Assembly (NCBI GenBank): GCA_026710545.1
Contig: JAPOQU010000076.1
Span: forward strand, 6,787-70,786
From: Gammaproteobacteria bacterium
Lineage (GTDB): Bacteria > Pseudomonadota > Gammaproteobacteria > Eutrophobiales > Eutrophobiaceae
DNA length: 64,000 bases
Reading direction: 5' to 3'
Positions 1 to 9,486 of the stretch are shown here, in pieces. A program made the position numbers and the translations under genes. The first letter of the stretch is position 1; every line of letters starts with the position of its first letter. The notes below the pieces were generated by a model. That model made no database searches, was not told where the DNA came from, and saw nothing but the letters and a program-made list of their open reading frames with translations.

Positions 1-88
1 CATCCGCTTCGTTGGTAGCAGACTGCTCCGTGCAGGCCGATAAACCCAGTAAACCGGCAGCCAGGATTATTCCGTGTAATGTACGCAT
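1..88 (-). CDS. N-terminus of a putative lipoprotein (partial, continues off the left edge)
   Basis: Reverse strand from the ATG at 88 reads MRTLHGIILAAGLLGLSACTEQSATNEA. This is a hydrophobic signal peptide plus an LSAC lipobox. Only ~29 codons are visible. Confidence 0.3.
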   Translation of the reverse strand, partial: MRTLHGIILAAGLLGLSACTEQSATNEAD

Positions 89-160
89 TTGAACCCTCTT
101 ATGAATGTATCATTCACATAACACCTCATTTATCGTTATGTTTTCCAAGTACCTATCCGC

Positions 161-1195
161 TCAGATGGTTTTCAACTGCGGCATCACATCGGCGGCAAAC
201 CGCTCCAGCGAACGCATTTCCTCGTCGTGCCCGATATCGCCGAATGCAGGTTGCAGCGCCAGGTAGTTCACGCCGGTTATCTCCACCTGCCGGGCAAGCG
301 CATCCGCTACCCGGTCTGCGCTACCGTGTACTATCATGCCGATCTCTTCCGCCGTTTCAAACCTGGATATGGGACCCAGGTGCGGGGCCGCGACATTGTT
401 TTCCACCCATAACTTGTGCAGTTTGGCGAACCAGTCGTCGTACGCCCGGCGCGCAACCGTCTCCGCCTTGCGTTCATCCTCGTTCACATAAAGCATGCGC
501 CAGGCGCCGATGAATGGTTGCTCCGGGGCGCCGGCCGGTCGCAGCGGATCATCCCGGCTTGCGGCCCACTCGGCGCGGTAGTTGTCGCTGGTCTGGCGGA
601 TGAGATCCGTTGGTCCCAGTGAAATCGTGTGCATGCCGCGCCGGGCTGCCTCGGCCTGGCCGCCCGGGGACATGGACGCGCTCCACAGCGGCAACGGCGA
701 CTGTACCGTCTGCAGCACCATGGGCACGTCTTCGTATTGGTAGTGCTTCCCGGTAAAGGTCAGCCTGGAGCAGTTCAACCCCTTTATGATCAGGTCCACG
801 CCCTCTATGAACATGTCCATGGCATCATCCGGGTCAACACCGAAGAACGCGACTTCTATCGGCGATACGCCGCGTCCCAGACCCACCTCCAGGCGGCCGT
901 TGCTGAGGTGGTCCAGCATGCAGATCTCTTCGATCAGCCGTAACGGGATATACAGGGGGACGAGGTAAACCAGGGGTCCGATGCGGATGCTGGACGTGGC
1001 CTGCGCCAGCGCCGCCAGGAAAATGCCGGGAGACGGCGCCGCACCCAGGGGCGTGCCGTGGTGTTCCGCCAGGTGGTAGCCCCTGAAACCGGCGGCTTCT
1101 GCAGCCCGGGCTACCTTGATCCTCTCTGCGTAGGTCTTGTTCAACGGCTCGGTCCGAACGTCCAGGTGGTCGAAAATGCCGAATTCGAGGGTCAT
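161..1195 (-). CDS. LLM-class (luciferase-like) flavin-dependent oxidoreductase
   Basis: 344 aa. [12 protein letters not shown]...[29 protein letters not shown]...[16 protein letters not shown] is typical of luciferase-like monooxygenases. Confidence 0.85.
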   Translation of the reverse strand: MTLEFGIFDHLDVRTEPLNKTYAERIKVARAAEAAGFRGYHLAEHHGTPLGAAPSPGIFLAALAQATSSIRIGPLVYLVPLYIPLRLIEEICMLDHLSNGRLEVGLGRGVSPIEVAFFGVDPDDAMDMFIEGVDLIIKGLNCSRLTFTGKHYQYEDVPMVLQTVQSPLPLWSASMSPGGQAEAARRGMHTISLGPTDLIRQTSDNYRAEWAASRDDPLRPAGAPEQPFIGAWRMLYVNEDERKAETVARRAYDDWFAKLHKLWVENNVAAPHLGPISRFETAEEIGMIVHGSADRVADALARQVEITGVNYLALQPAFGDIGHDEEMRSLERFAADVMPQLKTI

Positions 1196-1347
1196 GCTTT
1201 GTGTCCCGTGTGGTTTCGTTTCCGTACATTGTACCCCTAGAAACGAAACGGGTGCGATCCGCTTTCTTTATGACGGCGCGATTGCCTAACCGATGGGTTT
1301 CCATGTATCCTTGTCTGCCTTTTTGTGTTCCGATAAAGAGTAAGAAA

Positions 1348-2097
1348 ATGAAAATTCTGATCCCGATAAAGCGCGTCGTGGATTACAACGTCCGGGTCCG
1401 GGTTAAAAAGGACGGCAGCGGTGTTGAAACGGCCAACGTGAAGATGTCCATGAATCCGTTCTGCGAAATTGCGGTGGAAGAAGCAGTGCGGATTACGGAA
1501 GCCGGCAAGGCGGATGAGATTGTGGTCGTGACCGTCGGCGGGCGCCAGTGCCAGGATATCCTGCGTACCGCCCTGGCGATGGGCGCGGACCGGGCTATTT
1601 TGATTGAGACGGATGTGGCGGTACAACCCCTGGCTATCGCCAAACTGCTGAAAGCGATAGTTGAAAGAGAGGGCCCGGGTCTCGTCATCACCGGGAAACA
1701 GGCCATCGACGACGACAACAACCAGACGGGACAGATGCTGTCGGCCCTGCTGGGCTGGCCCCAGGCTACCTTCGCATCGGATATTGAATTTACCGGTGAG
1801 GGCTTGCGGGTCGCCCGTGAAGTGGACGATGGTATTGAAACTGTTGCGGTTAAACTTCCGGCTGTCGTCACCACCGATCTGCGCCTGAATGAACCCAGGT
1901 ACGTGAAGCTGCCGAACATCATGAAGGCCAAAAAGAAACCGCTCGACGTCGTGACCCCCGACGACCTGGGTGTTGACGTTACGCCCAGCATAGAGGTCCT
2001 CAACGTCGCCGAACCCCCGGTCCGCTCGGCGGGCGTCATGGTGGCTGACGTGCAGGAACTGGTTGATAAACTGCGCAACGAAGCAAAGGTGATCTGA
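1348..2097 (+). CDS. etfB: Electron transfer flavoprotein beta subunit
   Basis: [46 protein letters not shown] is the canonical EtfB N-terminus. I chose the internal ATG at 1348, not the ORF-track start at 1201. etfA follows 2 nt downstream. Confidence 0.9.
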   Translation: MKILIPIKRVVDYNVRVRVKKDGSGVETANVKMSMNPFCEIAVEEAVRITEAGKADEIVVVTVGGRQCQDILRTALAMGADRAILIETDVAVQPLAIAKLLKAIVEREGPGLVITGKQAIDDDNNQTGQMLSALLGWPQATFASDIEFTGEGLRVAREVDDGIETVAVKLPAVVTTDLRLNEPRYVKLPNIMKAKKKPLDVVTPDDLGVDVTPSIEVLNVAEPPVRSAGVMVADVQELVDKLRNEAKVI

Positions 2098-2098
2098 T

Positions 2099-3043
2099 AT
2101 GAGTATCCTGGTTATAGCGGAACATGACAATAACGCCATCAGGGCAGCCACGCTGAACGCGGTCGGCGCTGCCGCACAACTCGGTGGAGACATCACGCTG
2201 CTCGTTGCGGGCAGCAACTGCAAGGCGGCAGCCGCTGCCGGCGCCGGAATTGCAGGCGTCGGCAAGGTGTTACACGTGGATGCGCCGCACTACGAACACG
2301 GACTGGCGGAAGAACTGGCGCCGCTGGTAGTCGCCTGCTGTAATGGCGCAAGCCACATTCTGGCCCCGGCGAATACGTTCGGTAAAAACCTGGCGCCCAG
2401 GGTGGCGGCACTGCTTGACGTCGGCATGGTTGCCGATGTCGTGAGTATTGAAGCGGCCGACACGTTCGTGCGCCCGATTTACGCCGGTAATGCCATGGCC
2501 ACGGTAAAGAGCGCTGACCGCGTGAAAGTCATCAGCGTACGCACCACGAATTTCGATGCGGCTGAGGCCGAAGGCGGAACCGCGGCGATCGAAACACTCA
2601 GCAGCGTTCCCGGCCCGGCCGGGCTGTCAGATTTTGTCATCCTGGAAAGCCCTGAATCGGAACGCCCCGAACTTACCAGCGCAAAGGTTGTCCTGTCCGG
2701 CGGCCGCGGCTTCGGCAGCGGCGATAATTTCCGCCTGCTGGAAGAGGTGGCAGACAAACTGGGCGCGGCCATAGGCGCATCCCGGGCCGCGGTGGACGCC
2801 GGCTATGTACCCAATGATTACCAGGTAGGCCAGACCGGCAAGGTCGTCGCGCCGGACCTGTATGTCGCCGTGGGCATATCCGGCGCCATACAACACCTGG
2901 CCGGGATGAAAGAAAGCAAGGTGATCGTGGCCATCAACAAGGATGAGGAAGCCCCCATTTTTGAAATCGCCGACTACGGTCTGGTCGCGGACCTGTTCCA
3001 GGCCCTGCCGGAGTTCTCCGCCGAACTGGACAAGCTGGATTAG
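2099..3043 (+). CDS. etfA: Electron transfer flavoprotein alpha subunit
   Basis: 314 aa. [12 protein letters not shown]...[43 protein letters not shown] is the conserved EtfA FAD-binding C-terminus. Confidence 0.9.
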   Translation: MSILVIAEHDNNAIRAATLNAVGAAAQLGGDITLLVAGSNCKAAAAAGAGIAGVGKVLHVDAPHYEHGLAEELAPLVVACCNGASHILAPANTFGKNLAPRVAALLDVGMVADVVSIEAADTFVRPIYAGNAMATVKSADRVKVISVRTTNFDAAEAEGGTAAIETLSSVPGPAGLSDFVILESPESERPELTSAKVVLSGGRGFGSGDNFRLLEEVADKLGAAIGASRAAVDAGYVPNDYQVGQTGKVVAPDLYVAVGISGAIQHLAGMKESKVIVAINKDEEAPIFEIADYGLVADLFQALPEFSAELDKLD

Positions 3044-3062
3044 CCGGCATATCGACGACCCT

Positions 3063-3086
3063 GGGGACGGACTTAAGTCCGTCCCC
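3063..3086. repeat. Perfect 24-bp palindrome GGGGACGGACTTAAGTCCGTCCCC (member of a recurring hairpin family)
   Basis: Read directly. Lies 20 nt after the etfA stop and 7 nt before the next start. Related copies at 7748-7772, 26159-26183 and 51196-51219. Confidence 0.8.
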
Positions 3087-3092
3087 GAACGA

Positions 3093-3977
3093 ATGATTGC
3101 TATGGAACGTCAACACCATTCCTACCTGGCGGCAGCTTACATGCTCATGGCGACGGTCTTCTTCTGCCTGTCCGACGTATTGGGCAAGTGGTTGACGGAA
3201 ACCTACCCGGTGGTACAGGTAACCTGGCTGAGATACGTTGTCGGCATTACTGCCCTGTTCAGCATCATTGCCGCCACTTCCAACCTGGGCAAGCTGAAAA
3301 CCAGGCGACCGCTGTGGCATGGAACGCGGAGCCTGGCCAGCGCGTGCATGGTGTTCTTCATTTTCTACGGCCTGAAACACATTCCATTGGCTGAGTTTGT
3401 CTCATTGACCTTCTCAATTCCCTTTTTCGTTGCCCTGTTCTCTCCCTGGTTACTGAAGGAAACAGTCACGCGACAGACCTGGGTCGCCATCGGGACAGGT
3501 TTTATCGGAGTCATGTTTATATTGAGGCCGACCCCCGACCATTTTCATATCGCCCACCTGACGACCCTGTTGCTGGCGTTCATGGCCGGCCTGATGTTTA
3601 TCAGCGCCAGGCATCTATCCCTGACTGAGAACAGGTGGTCTCTCAATTTTTACCTGTCGGTCGCCGGTATCATCCTGTTCGGTTACTGGGCGCTGGGAGG
3701 CTGGGTCAAACCGGACCTGACAGGCTGGGCCATGTTTGTTGCCCTGGGGCTGTCACAGACAGCCGCGCTGGCCTGTTTTATTGAAGCCTCGAGGCTGGAG
3801 CGTCCATCCGCTATCGCCCCCCTGGATTATGTGCGCTTAATCTGGACCATCATCGCCGGCTACGTCATCTGGCAGGAAATCCCGGACCAATACACCTGGA
3901 CCGGGATCATCATCATCGTCGCCAGCGGTATCTACATCGTGCGCCACGGTTACGTGAGCAGGACGGAGCACCTGTAA
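3093..3977 (+). CDS. EamA/DMT-family transporter
   Basis: About ten hydrophobic segments and two-repeat DMT-like organisation. The ATG at 3093 avoids overlap with etfA and the hairpin. Confidence 0.75.
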   Translation: MIAMERQHHSYLAAAYMLMATVFFCLSDVLGKWLTETYPVVQVTWLRYVVGITALFSIIAATSNLGKLKTRRPLWHGTRSLASACMVFFIFYGLKHIPLAEFVSLTFSIPFFVALFSPWLLKETVTRQTWVAIGTGFIGVMFILRPTPDHFHIAHLTTLLLAFMAGLMFISARHLSLTENRWSLNFYLSVAGIILFGYWALGGWVKPDLTGWAMFVALGLSQTAALACFIEASRLERPSAIAPLDYVRLIWTIIAGYVIWQEIPDQYTWTGIIIIVASGIYIVRHGYVSRTEHL

Positions 3978-4036
3978 CTCGTGTATCTGGTCAGGGCAAC
4001 CGCATACCTCAGAAACCTGCTTCGCAGCAATGGTTT

Positions 4037-4450
4037 TCAGGGTGTGACTAACTGTACGGAAGGGAAATAAGTCCTGATTCTGGACACGTCCGCAGTCGCC
4101 AATGTCCAGCCCATAACCTGGGCATGCGCCCCGATGAAGAAATCCGGCAGAGGGATGCGCGGCGAGTCCTTGCCGGCCTGTCGCCGCCTGCGTTCAATGA
4201 ATTGCCGGTATGCCACCGCAGAGGCTTCAGCAGCCGCAGCCGGCACGTCAAGAACATCAATACCCCAACCCCGAATACGATCCGCTACTGTCGCCGGATA
4301 TTCGTCACCAACGCATATCTCTGCAAGACAGACGGCGTTGATGACCGCTCCATCGGTAGAAACGGCATCGGCGATGACCCGGCGCGCCCAGTCGCGATAG
4401 CGCGAACCATCCTCTGACGCGTAGATCAATACGTTAGTATCAAGGAGCAT
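4037..4450 (-). CDS. vapC: PIN-domain toxin VapC
   Basis: MLLDTNVLIYASEDG... N-terminus with further acidic residues downstream. Its start overlaps the upstream antitoxin stop by 1 nt (TGATG). Confidence 0.8.
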   Translation of the reverse strand: MLLDTNVLIYASEDGSRYRDWARRVIADAVSTDGAVINAVCLAEICVGDEYPATVADRIRGWGIDVLDVPAAAAEASAVAYRQFIERRRRQAGKDSPRIPLPDFFIGAHAQVMGWTLATADVSRIRTYFPSVQLVTP

Positions 4451-4683
4451 CACGGCTCGCGCGTGACGTCTCGCAGTTGCTCCCACGAAAGCGTCAAACG
4501 TAGCGGCGACCGGAACATCGCCTCGAGACATGCCTCGCGGCTCTTTACCGGCGCAGCGTCAGGCCGCTGCAGCCGAACGAGCGCGTAACGTTCCTCACCC
4601 TGCCGTTGAACGTCGAAGACATCCCCCGGTCGGGCTCCCGGAATAACAACGCGCTTCTTGGCGTCTGCTCGTGCCACACTCAT
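4450..4683 (-). CDS. vapB: AbrB/SpoVT-like antitoxin VapB
   Basis: 77 aa from the ATG at 4683. KKRVVIPGARPGDVFDV resembles a looped-hinge-helix motif. Translationally coupled to vapC. Confidence 0.6.
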   Translation of the reverse strand: MSVARADAKKRVVIPGARPGDVFDVQRQGEERYALVRLQRPDAAPVKSREACLEAMFRSPLRLTLSWEQLRDVTREP

Positions 4684-4829
4684 GGTGGGATTATCCCACC
4701 TGCATTCTGGTTTGTCAAATAAGTTCTGAGTGCGGGTCAACGAGGTCCGTGCCAGGAAGCCGAAGACCCGCTGGGGCAAAGGCAAGTCACAGGGCATGTT
4801 GCAGGGCAAGTCACCAGCCAACCAGATCC

Positions 4830-4952
4830 CCACAGATTATAAACCGGAAGCTGTCCCCGAAGTCACAGCCAGAGTCACAACAAATTATCACCCCCGAAGT
4901 GACCCCCGAAGTCATTCGGTTCTTATCGAAGTCAAAGACAGGAAATTCATAA
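4830..4952 (+). pseudogene. Remnant encoding a (T)PEV repeat and following helix (C-terminal region typical of Fic / AlbA_2-HTH proteins)
   Basis: Two frames read ...PEAVPEVTARVTTN and ...TPEVTPEVIRFLSKSKTGNS*. There is no upstream body of a gene. Family recognition is from memory of TPEVTPEV..RLL C-termini. Confidence 0.35.
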
Positions 4953-5087
4953 GTGTGGCAAACCAGGTAGAAGCTCATGCGCCTTGTTAGCCACAATTAT
5001 TTGTCTTTGACTAATTAGCCATTTATGAATAATATTGGCTAATGTAAGCCAATTTTAGTGAACACGACCCCGCATGGACCACCGCAT

Positions 5088-6386
5088 TCAAGTCCACCTG
5101 AGTCGGAGCGTCCGCAGGACGTGATCTTGCAGGTTCTGCGGTATCTCAAGTTCCCGGGCGATGCGGCGCCAGGTTGAGAAGGCTTCGACGGTCTGCTCCA
5201 GGAGCGCTTTGTCGCGGTGGCGCGGCAAGCCGGCGTACCTGGCGAGGTGTTTCACGTCCTCCCTGGTAAAGTCCGATGTCTTGCCGTTGATACTGAGTTG
5301 GTGAAATCTTGTGAAATCGCTGCCGGCAGCGTGACAAAGATCATAGGCCGGCGCGACATCCCAGGCGCCTCTCCGGTCCATCATAAAGGTGAAGTTCTTC
5401 GCGTGGTCGTCCCGGTTGCATCCCGTCAGGTTGAATAGCACGCGCCGGAACTGTTGTTCTATCGCCGCCTTTGACATGCCCAACTGTCGCATCGTCATGA
5501 AGAGTTGTTCACAGGAATAACGTCCGCTCTCATAGTAATCAAAATGCGCTACTGCGGCGAAGGTCTGCACAAATTTCTTCGCGCCGTTTTCATCGCGATC
5601 AAAGCGGCGGGTCATAAAATGGTGACGCCCGTTTTCGCTGAAAATTCGGCTCTCCATCATGTCGATGCCACATGCCTTGGCCACCAGGTGATAGCTGTAT
5701 TCCAGCAGGCCATATCCCGATGGGTCGGCGACCTCCCAGTCGCCACTGAACGCAACGCCGTCGAATTTTATGAGCCAATGTTCAAAACCGGGCGGCAGGT
5801 CTGACTGACCGGAGCGCACCTGACGGGTCTCACGGTTAAAAGCGATAACCGCCTTGGCGCGGGCGCCGCCGGCTGACGTGCCGACCCCCAGGATGTCAAG
5901 CAACGCGTTTTCTTCTCTGCCGGGCGCGAACCTGGTGTCCAGCATTTCTTTCTTTGCAAATGCCATTGAGGCAAGCTCAACAAGGTGCTGTACCTCAACC
6001 GGCTTATCTTTGGCCGTGTCGTCACCCGTTGACGGTTCAAACTCCAACGCGCCCATACCGCGCCGTCCCGTATAGCACAAGCGGTCGACTGCGTTGAACT
6101 CCTCGGCCTGTCTGCCTGTTTGCGCCAGCCAAACGTCGATGAGCTTGTTGCCATACCTGTCGGGGAGGCTGTCGGCGAGCAGGCCAGGCAAGCCGTGAAA
6201 TGATCTTCGATGCAGGTTCTGGAACTGGTAAATCCTGCCGGAACGAACAGGCATGTGCAGCGGCGCCGGTTCTATCCCGAACGTTGCAAATCCGGGGTCG
6301 TATTCAAAACGGGCGTAGCGCTCATCAGCATTCATGGAAACATAACCGATTGGCGTCCCCCACAGCTTGACGGTGGCTGTGCTCAC
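5088..6386 (-). CDS. hipA: HipA-family serine/threonine kinase toxin
   Basis: 432 aa. Has the N-terminal HipA coupling region (VKLWGTPIGYV...) and a C-terminal kinase core (GCNRDDHAKNFTF...APAYDL). Confidence 0.9.
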   Translation of the reverse strand: MSTATVKLWGTPIGYVSMNADERYARFEYDPGFATFGIEPAPLHMPVRSGRIYQFQNLHRRSFHGLPGLLADSLPDRYGNKLIDVWLAQTGRQAEEFNAVDRLCYTGRRGMGALEFEPSTGDDTAKDKPVEVQHLVELASMAFAKKEMLDTRFAPGREENALLDILGVGTSAGGARAKAVIAFNRETRQVRSGQSDLPPGFEHWLIKFDGVAFSGDWEVADPSGYGLLEYSYHLVAKACGIDMMESRIFSENGRHHFMTRRFDRDENGAKKFVQTFAAVAHFDYYESGRYSCEQLFMTMRQLGMSKAAIEQQFRRVLFNLTGCNRDDHAKNFTFMMDRRGAWDVAPAYDLCHAAGSDFTRFHQLSINGKTSDFTREDVKHLARYAGLPRHRDKALLEQTVEAFSTWRRIARELEIPQNLQDHVLRTLRLRWT

Positions 6387-6721
6387 CGGGTTTCATCTCC
6401 CCACGTAACGGCAGGGTTTGATTGAGTCGCCTTGCGTTTCTTCGGGTTCGCCGCGCGCGCCTCCGCCATCGGCGAGTTGAACGTCTCGGGTAACAGGGCG
6501 TCTATGGCGGCGGCCATATTCAGCGCCTTCAGGAGTTTCAACCAGGACGCAAACAGGCCATCCCGCCCGCCTTCAATGCGCCGAAGCGTGGCGACGCCAA
6601 CGCCCGCCTCTTCAGCCAGTTCAGCCTGGGATAACCCTTGCTGCTTGCGGATGCGGGCGAGCCGGTTGCCGAATTCGCGCAGAATCTCACTCTCCGGGGT
6701 AAGCTGATTGATATTCATCAT
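6383..6721 (-). CDS. hipB: XRE-family HTH antitoxin HipB
   Basis: 112 aa. LARIRKQQGLSQAELAEEAGVGVATLRRIEGG is an HTH_3 motif. Overlaps the hipA start by 4 nt. Confidence 0.85.
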   Translation of the reverse strand: MMNINQLTPESEILREFGNRLARIRKQQGLSQAELAEEAGVGVATLRRIEGGRDGLFASWLKLLKALNMAAAIDALLPETFNSPMAEARAANPKKRKATQSNPAVTWGDETR

Positions 6722-6760
6722 ATCACCTGTGATTTAAAATAGGTTTTTTTCACCTGTTTC

Positions 6761-6776
6761 ATATCATAGATGATAT
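6761..6776. promoter_or_regulatory. Candidate HipB operator palindrome ATATCATAGATGATAT
   Basis: Perfect 16-bp palindrome 40 nt upstream of the hipB start. A second palindrome, ATCACCTGTGAT, lies at 6722-6733. Confidence 0.35.
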
Positions 6777-6879
6777 TTTGCAAAAATACGACAGAAAAAC
6801 CTCATCGCTTGAAAAATATTCTCTTTCGGCTACATTCCCTGTATGAAAATAGTTCGTGATCGATATTCAGGGAGAAAAC

Positions 6880-6995
6880 GGTGACTACCCCCGAAGTCAC
6901 CCCCGAAGCCATGAGGTTCGTAATGCCATCAGGTCGGTGCTCGGCGACCATAAGGACCTTGTGCACGAGTTTTTTGAGATTGTAAAAGCTCAGCA
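6880..6995 (+). pseudogene. Second (T)PEV-repeat remnant
   Basis: Reads VTTPEVTPEAMRFVMPSG... and is then frameshifted. Shares ~40 nt (cccccgaagt[c/g]acccccgaag) with the copy at ~4895-4935. Confidence 0.3.
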
Positions 6996-7723
6996 TGACT
7001 ACTGACCGGCTTCACATTGATGTCCGTGGCATTGCCGTTGAGGTGGTGCGTAAGAATATCAAACACCTCTACGTTGGCGTTTATCCGCCGGGTGGACGGG
7101 TACGGGTAAGCGCGCCGTTACGTATTGATAAAGACGCTATCCGGTTGGCTGTTATTTCCCGATTGGGCTGGATTCGCAAAAGACAGGCGCAGTTCGAACA
7201 GCAGGAACGACAATCAGAGCGGGAATACGTATCGGGTGAAAGCCACTACTTTGAGGGACGCCGCTACCGGCTGGATGTGATTGAGCAAAACTGCCCGCCT
7301 GCAGTTCTTCGACTTGACAATAATACAATAATATTAAGCGTTCGACCGGGGTCTGATCATGTTAAGCGGGAAAAGGTGCTGGATAAATGGTATCGGAGCC
7401 AACTTCGAGATCGTTTACCACTACTTGTGGATAAATGGGAAAAGAAAATCGGTGTTAAAGTCAAAGATATTCGTATCAGGAAAATGAAAACCCGCTGGGG
7501 AACCTGCAACAGGCGCGCCCGACGAATCTGGTTGAATCTTGAATTGATGAAGAAATCCGCATCATGTCTGGAATATGTTGTCGTCCATGAACTTGTCCAC
7601 CTTATTGAGCGTAAGCATAATAAACGGTTCAAGGACCTGATGGATAAATACCTGCCCCATTGGCGGAATCACAGGGATGAGCTTAATCGCGCGCCGCTTG
7701 CTCATGGGAACTGGGAGTATTAA
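6995..7723 (+). CDS. YgjP/SprT-like (DUF45, M48-type) metal-dependent hydrolase
   Basis: 242 aa. RWGTCNRRARRIWLNLELMK...VVVHELVHLIERKHNKRF gives the HExxH motif and the family-typical context. Confidence 0.8.
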   Translation: MTTDRLHIDVRGIAVEVVRKNIKHLYVGVYPPGGRVRVSAPLRIDKDAIRLAVISRLGWIRKRQAQFEQQERQSEREYVSGESHYFEGRRYRLDVIEQNCPPAVLRLDNNTIILSVRPGSDHVKREKVLDKWYRSQLRDRLPLLVDKWEKKIGVKVKDIRIRKMKTRWGTCNRRARRIWLNLELMKKSASCLEYVVVHELVHLIERKHNKRFKDLMDKYLPHWRNHRDELNRAPLAHGNWEY

Positions 7724-7745
7724 CTCAAACCGGGATTAAACGGAA

Positions 7746-7774
7746 CCGGGGACGGATTTCAAATCCGTCCCCGG
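7746..7774. repeat. Palindrome CCGGGGACGGATTTCAAATCCGTCCCCGG (hairpin family; bidirectional terminator position)
   Basis: Read directly. Sits between convergent stops at 7723 and 7783. Confidence 0.8.
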
Positions 7775-7782
7775 TAGTAATG

Positions 7783-9345
7783 TCAAATCACCGCTTCAAT
7801 CAGGTTCGGTCCCGGTTCGGCCAGGTAAGCGGCCAGTTGCCGGTTTAATTCCTCTGTGGTCGTCACGCGGCAAGCCGGGACTCCCATCCCTTTTGCCAGG
7901 CTGATCCAGTCGATTTCCGGGTTGTCTATGTCCATCATGGAGCGGGCCCTGGCGCCCGGCGCGCCGGCGCCGACGCGCTGGTATTCGATACCCAGGATAC
8001 GGTACCTGCGGTTGGCAAAGACCACGGTGGTTACGTTCAGTGACTCCCGGGCCTGGGTCCACAGGGCCTGTACGGTATACATGCCGGCGCCGTCCGCCTG
8101 CAGGCAGAGAACCTTGCGGTCCGGACAGGCGATTGCCGCCCCGGTGGCATTGGGCAGGCCCTGGCCGATTGCGCCGCCGGTGGTGAACATCCAGTCGTGG
8201 GGTTCGGCCGTGGCGGTGGCCGGTATCAGGTTTCCGCCGGAACTGATGGCCTCTTCCGCAACCACGGCATTTTCCGGCAGCAGGGCGCCGACACTCAGGC
8301 CTATGGTTTCAGGTGTCAGTTTTCCTGCAGGCAAGGGCGGTTTTTTCAGGGGCATCAGCGTCGGTGAGACAGTGCCGGCGCCGAGTTCATCAATAACCCT
8401 GGCCAGGGCATCGACCACGTCGTCTCCGGCACTTGCCAGTTGCTGTACCCGGCAGTCCGGCGGGACGAGGTAACTGGGCAGATCCGGGTAAGCAAAAAAG
8501 CCGACCGGCGGTTTCGTGCCGGCAATGACCAGGTGCCTTATACCCGTCAGCGTTTCGATTATCGCCTCGGGGAAGTACGGCAGGCGTTCGATATTCCCCC
8601 GCCCGGCGCCGCGTGTGATGCGCGCGGTAAACGTATGGGAAAAGACCCGGGCATTCACATGGTTGCTGATAATACTTGCCAGCCTGGCCCCTTCTTCAAG
8701 CAGCGCGTGATCGCCCAGCAACAGTGCCGCAGGTTCTCCTTTTCTCAATGCCTCCACCACCTTGTTCACCGCCCCATCAGCTACCTTGGGGCGACTGGGC
8801 AGGGGGGCTTTACCACCGGGATCGGCTGGACAGGGATCCCAGGAACAATCCGCCGGGATGATCAGTGTCGCAATGTGCCCCGGCGGTTGCCTGGCAGCCG
8901 TAATTGCCGCCATGGCATCTGCCGGGATATCCGCGGCTGTCCCGCTTTCCTTGATCCAGGCGGAAACCGGCCTGGCATACGCGGCGACATCCGATGCCAG
9001 CGGCGCATCATACTGTTTGTGACCGGTCGCATGGTCCCCGACGATATTGACGATAGGAGCCCCGGCGCGCATGGCGTTATGGAAATTCGCCAAGCCATTA
9101 CCCAGGCCGGGACCGAGATGCAAAAGTGTTGCCGGAGGGTTGTCAGACATCCTGGAATAACCATCCGCGGCGCCGGATACCACACCCTCTGCCAGGCACA
9201 GCACGCAGCGCATGTCGGGCACCCGGTCCGCGGCGGCGACAAACTGCATCTCCGACGTGCCCGGGTTGGTAAAGCAGGTGGTGATATTGTTGTTGACCAG
9301 CGTTCTTAACAGACTTTCCGCACCGTTCATGATCCCTTTTTCCAA
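7783..9345 (-). CDS. Thiamine-diphosphate-dependent enzyme, acetolactate synthase large-subunit family
   Basis: 520 aa. N-terminal TPP_enzyme_N pattern (GAESLLRTLVNNNITTCFTNPGTSEM) and C-terminal GGAIGQGLPNATGAA...DGAGMY TPP-binding motif. Substrate not inferable. Confidence 0.8.
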   Translation of the reverse strand: MEKGIMNGAESLLRTLVNNNITTCFTNPGTSEMQFVAAADRVPDMRCVLCLAEGVVSGAADGYSRMSDNPPATLLHLGPGLGNGLANFHNAMRAGAPIVNIVGDHATGHKQYDAPLASDVAAYARPVSAWIKESGTAADIPADAMAAITAARQPPGHIATLIIPADCSWDPCPADPGGKAPLPSRPKVADGAVNKVVEALRKGEPAALLLGDHALLEEGARLASIISNHVNARVFSHTFTARITRGAGRGNIERLPYFPEAIIETLTGIRHLVIAGTKPPVGFFAYPDLPSYLVPPDCRVQQLASAGDDVVDALARVIDELGAGTVSPTLMPLKKPPLPAGKLTPETIGLSVGALLPENAVVAEEAISSGGNLIPATATAEPHDWMFTTGGAIGQGLPNATGAAIACPDRKVLCLQADGAGMYTVQALWTQARESLNVTTVVFANRRYRILGIEYQRVGAGAPGARARSMMDIDNPEIDWISLAKGMGVPACRVTTTEELNRQLAAYLAEPGPNLIEAVI

Positions 9346-9486
9346 TTATTTTGATCGGTCGACAGTATATCGCCGCCGGAAGATTAGTATGATATATTAT
9401 CGGACAGATTGTTTATGTGTGAAGGGCTCCGCCTCTTTTCTGTTGCAGTATAATCCATCGATATTCATAGTCTAAGGAGAACAACC

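Noticed and set aside
1201-1347. N-terminal extensions offered by the ORF track for etfB (1201), EamA (2943), vapC (4531), vapB (4833), pgk (12462), pepP (25291), the secreted protein (30469), dsbD (61988) and cutA (62340)
   Set aside because: The extensions overlap upstream genes or hairpins and add non-conserved sequence ahead of canonical family N-termini. I chose internal ATGs instead.
1237-2265. Long antisense or overlapping ORFs. Examples: 1237-2265, 8440-9309, 14073-14798, 20713-21381, 26577-27692, 45390-45926, 49826-50521, 60228-61127 and 62699-63301.
   Set aside because: Each lies opposite or out of frame to a gene with clear family motifs, and none has a recognisable domain. I treat them as GC-driven shadow ORFs.
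5015-5042. Inverted repeat TTAGCCA-N14-TGGCTAA (plus extra TTAGCCA at 4987) as an operator
   Set aside because: It lies downstream of hipA and of the TPEV remnant, with no gene start nearby. I noted it as a junction feature only.
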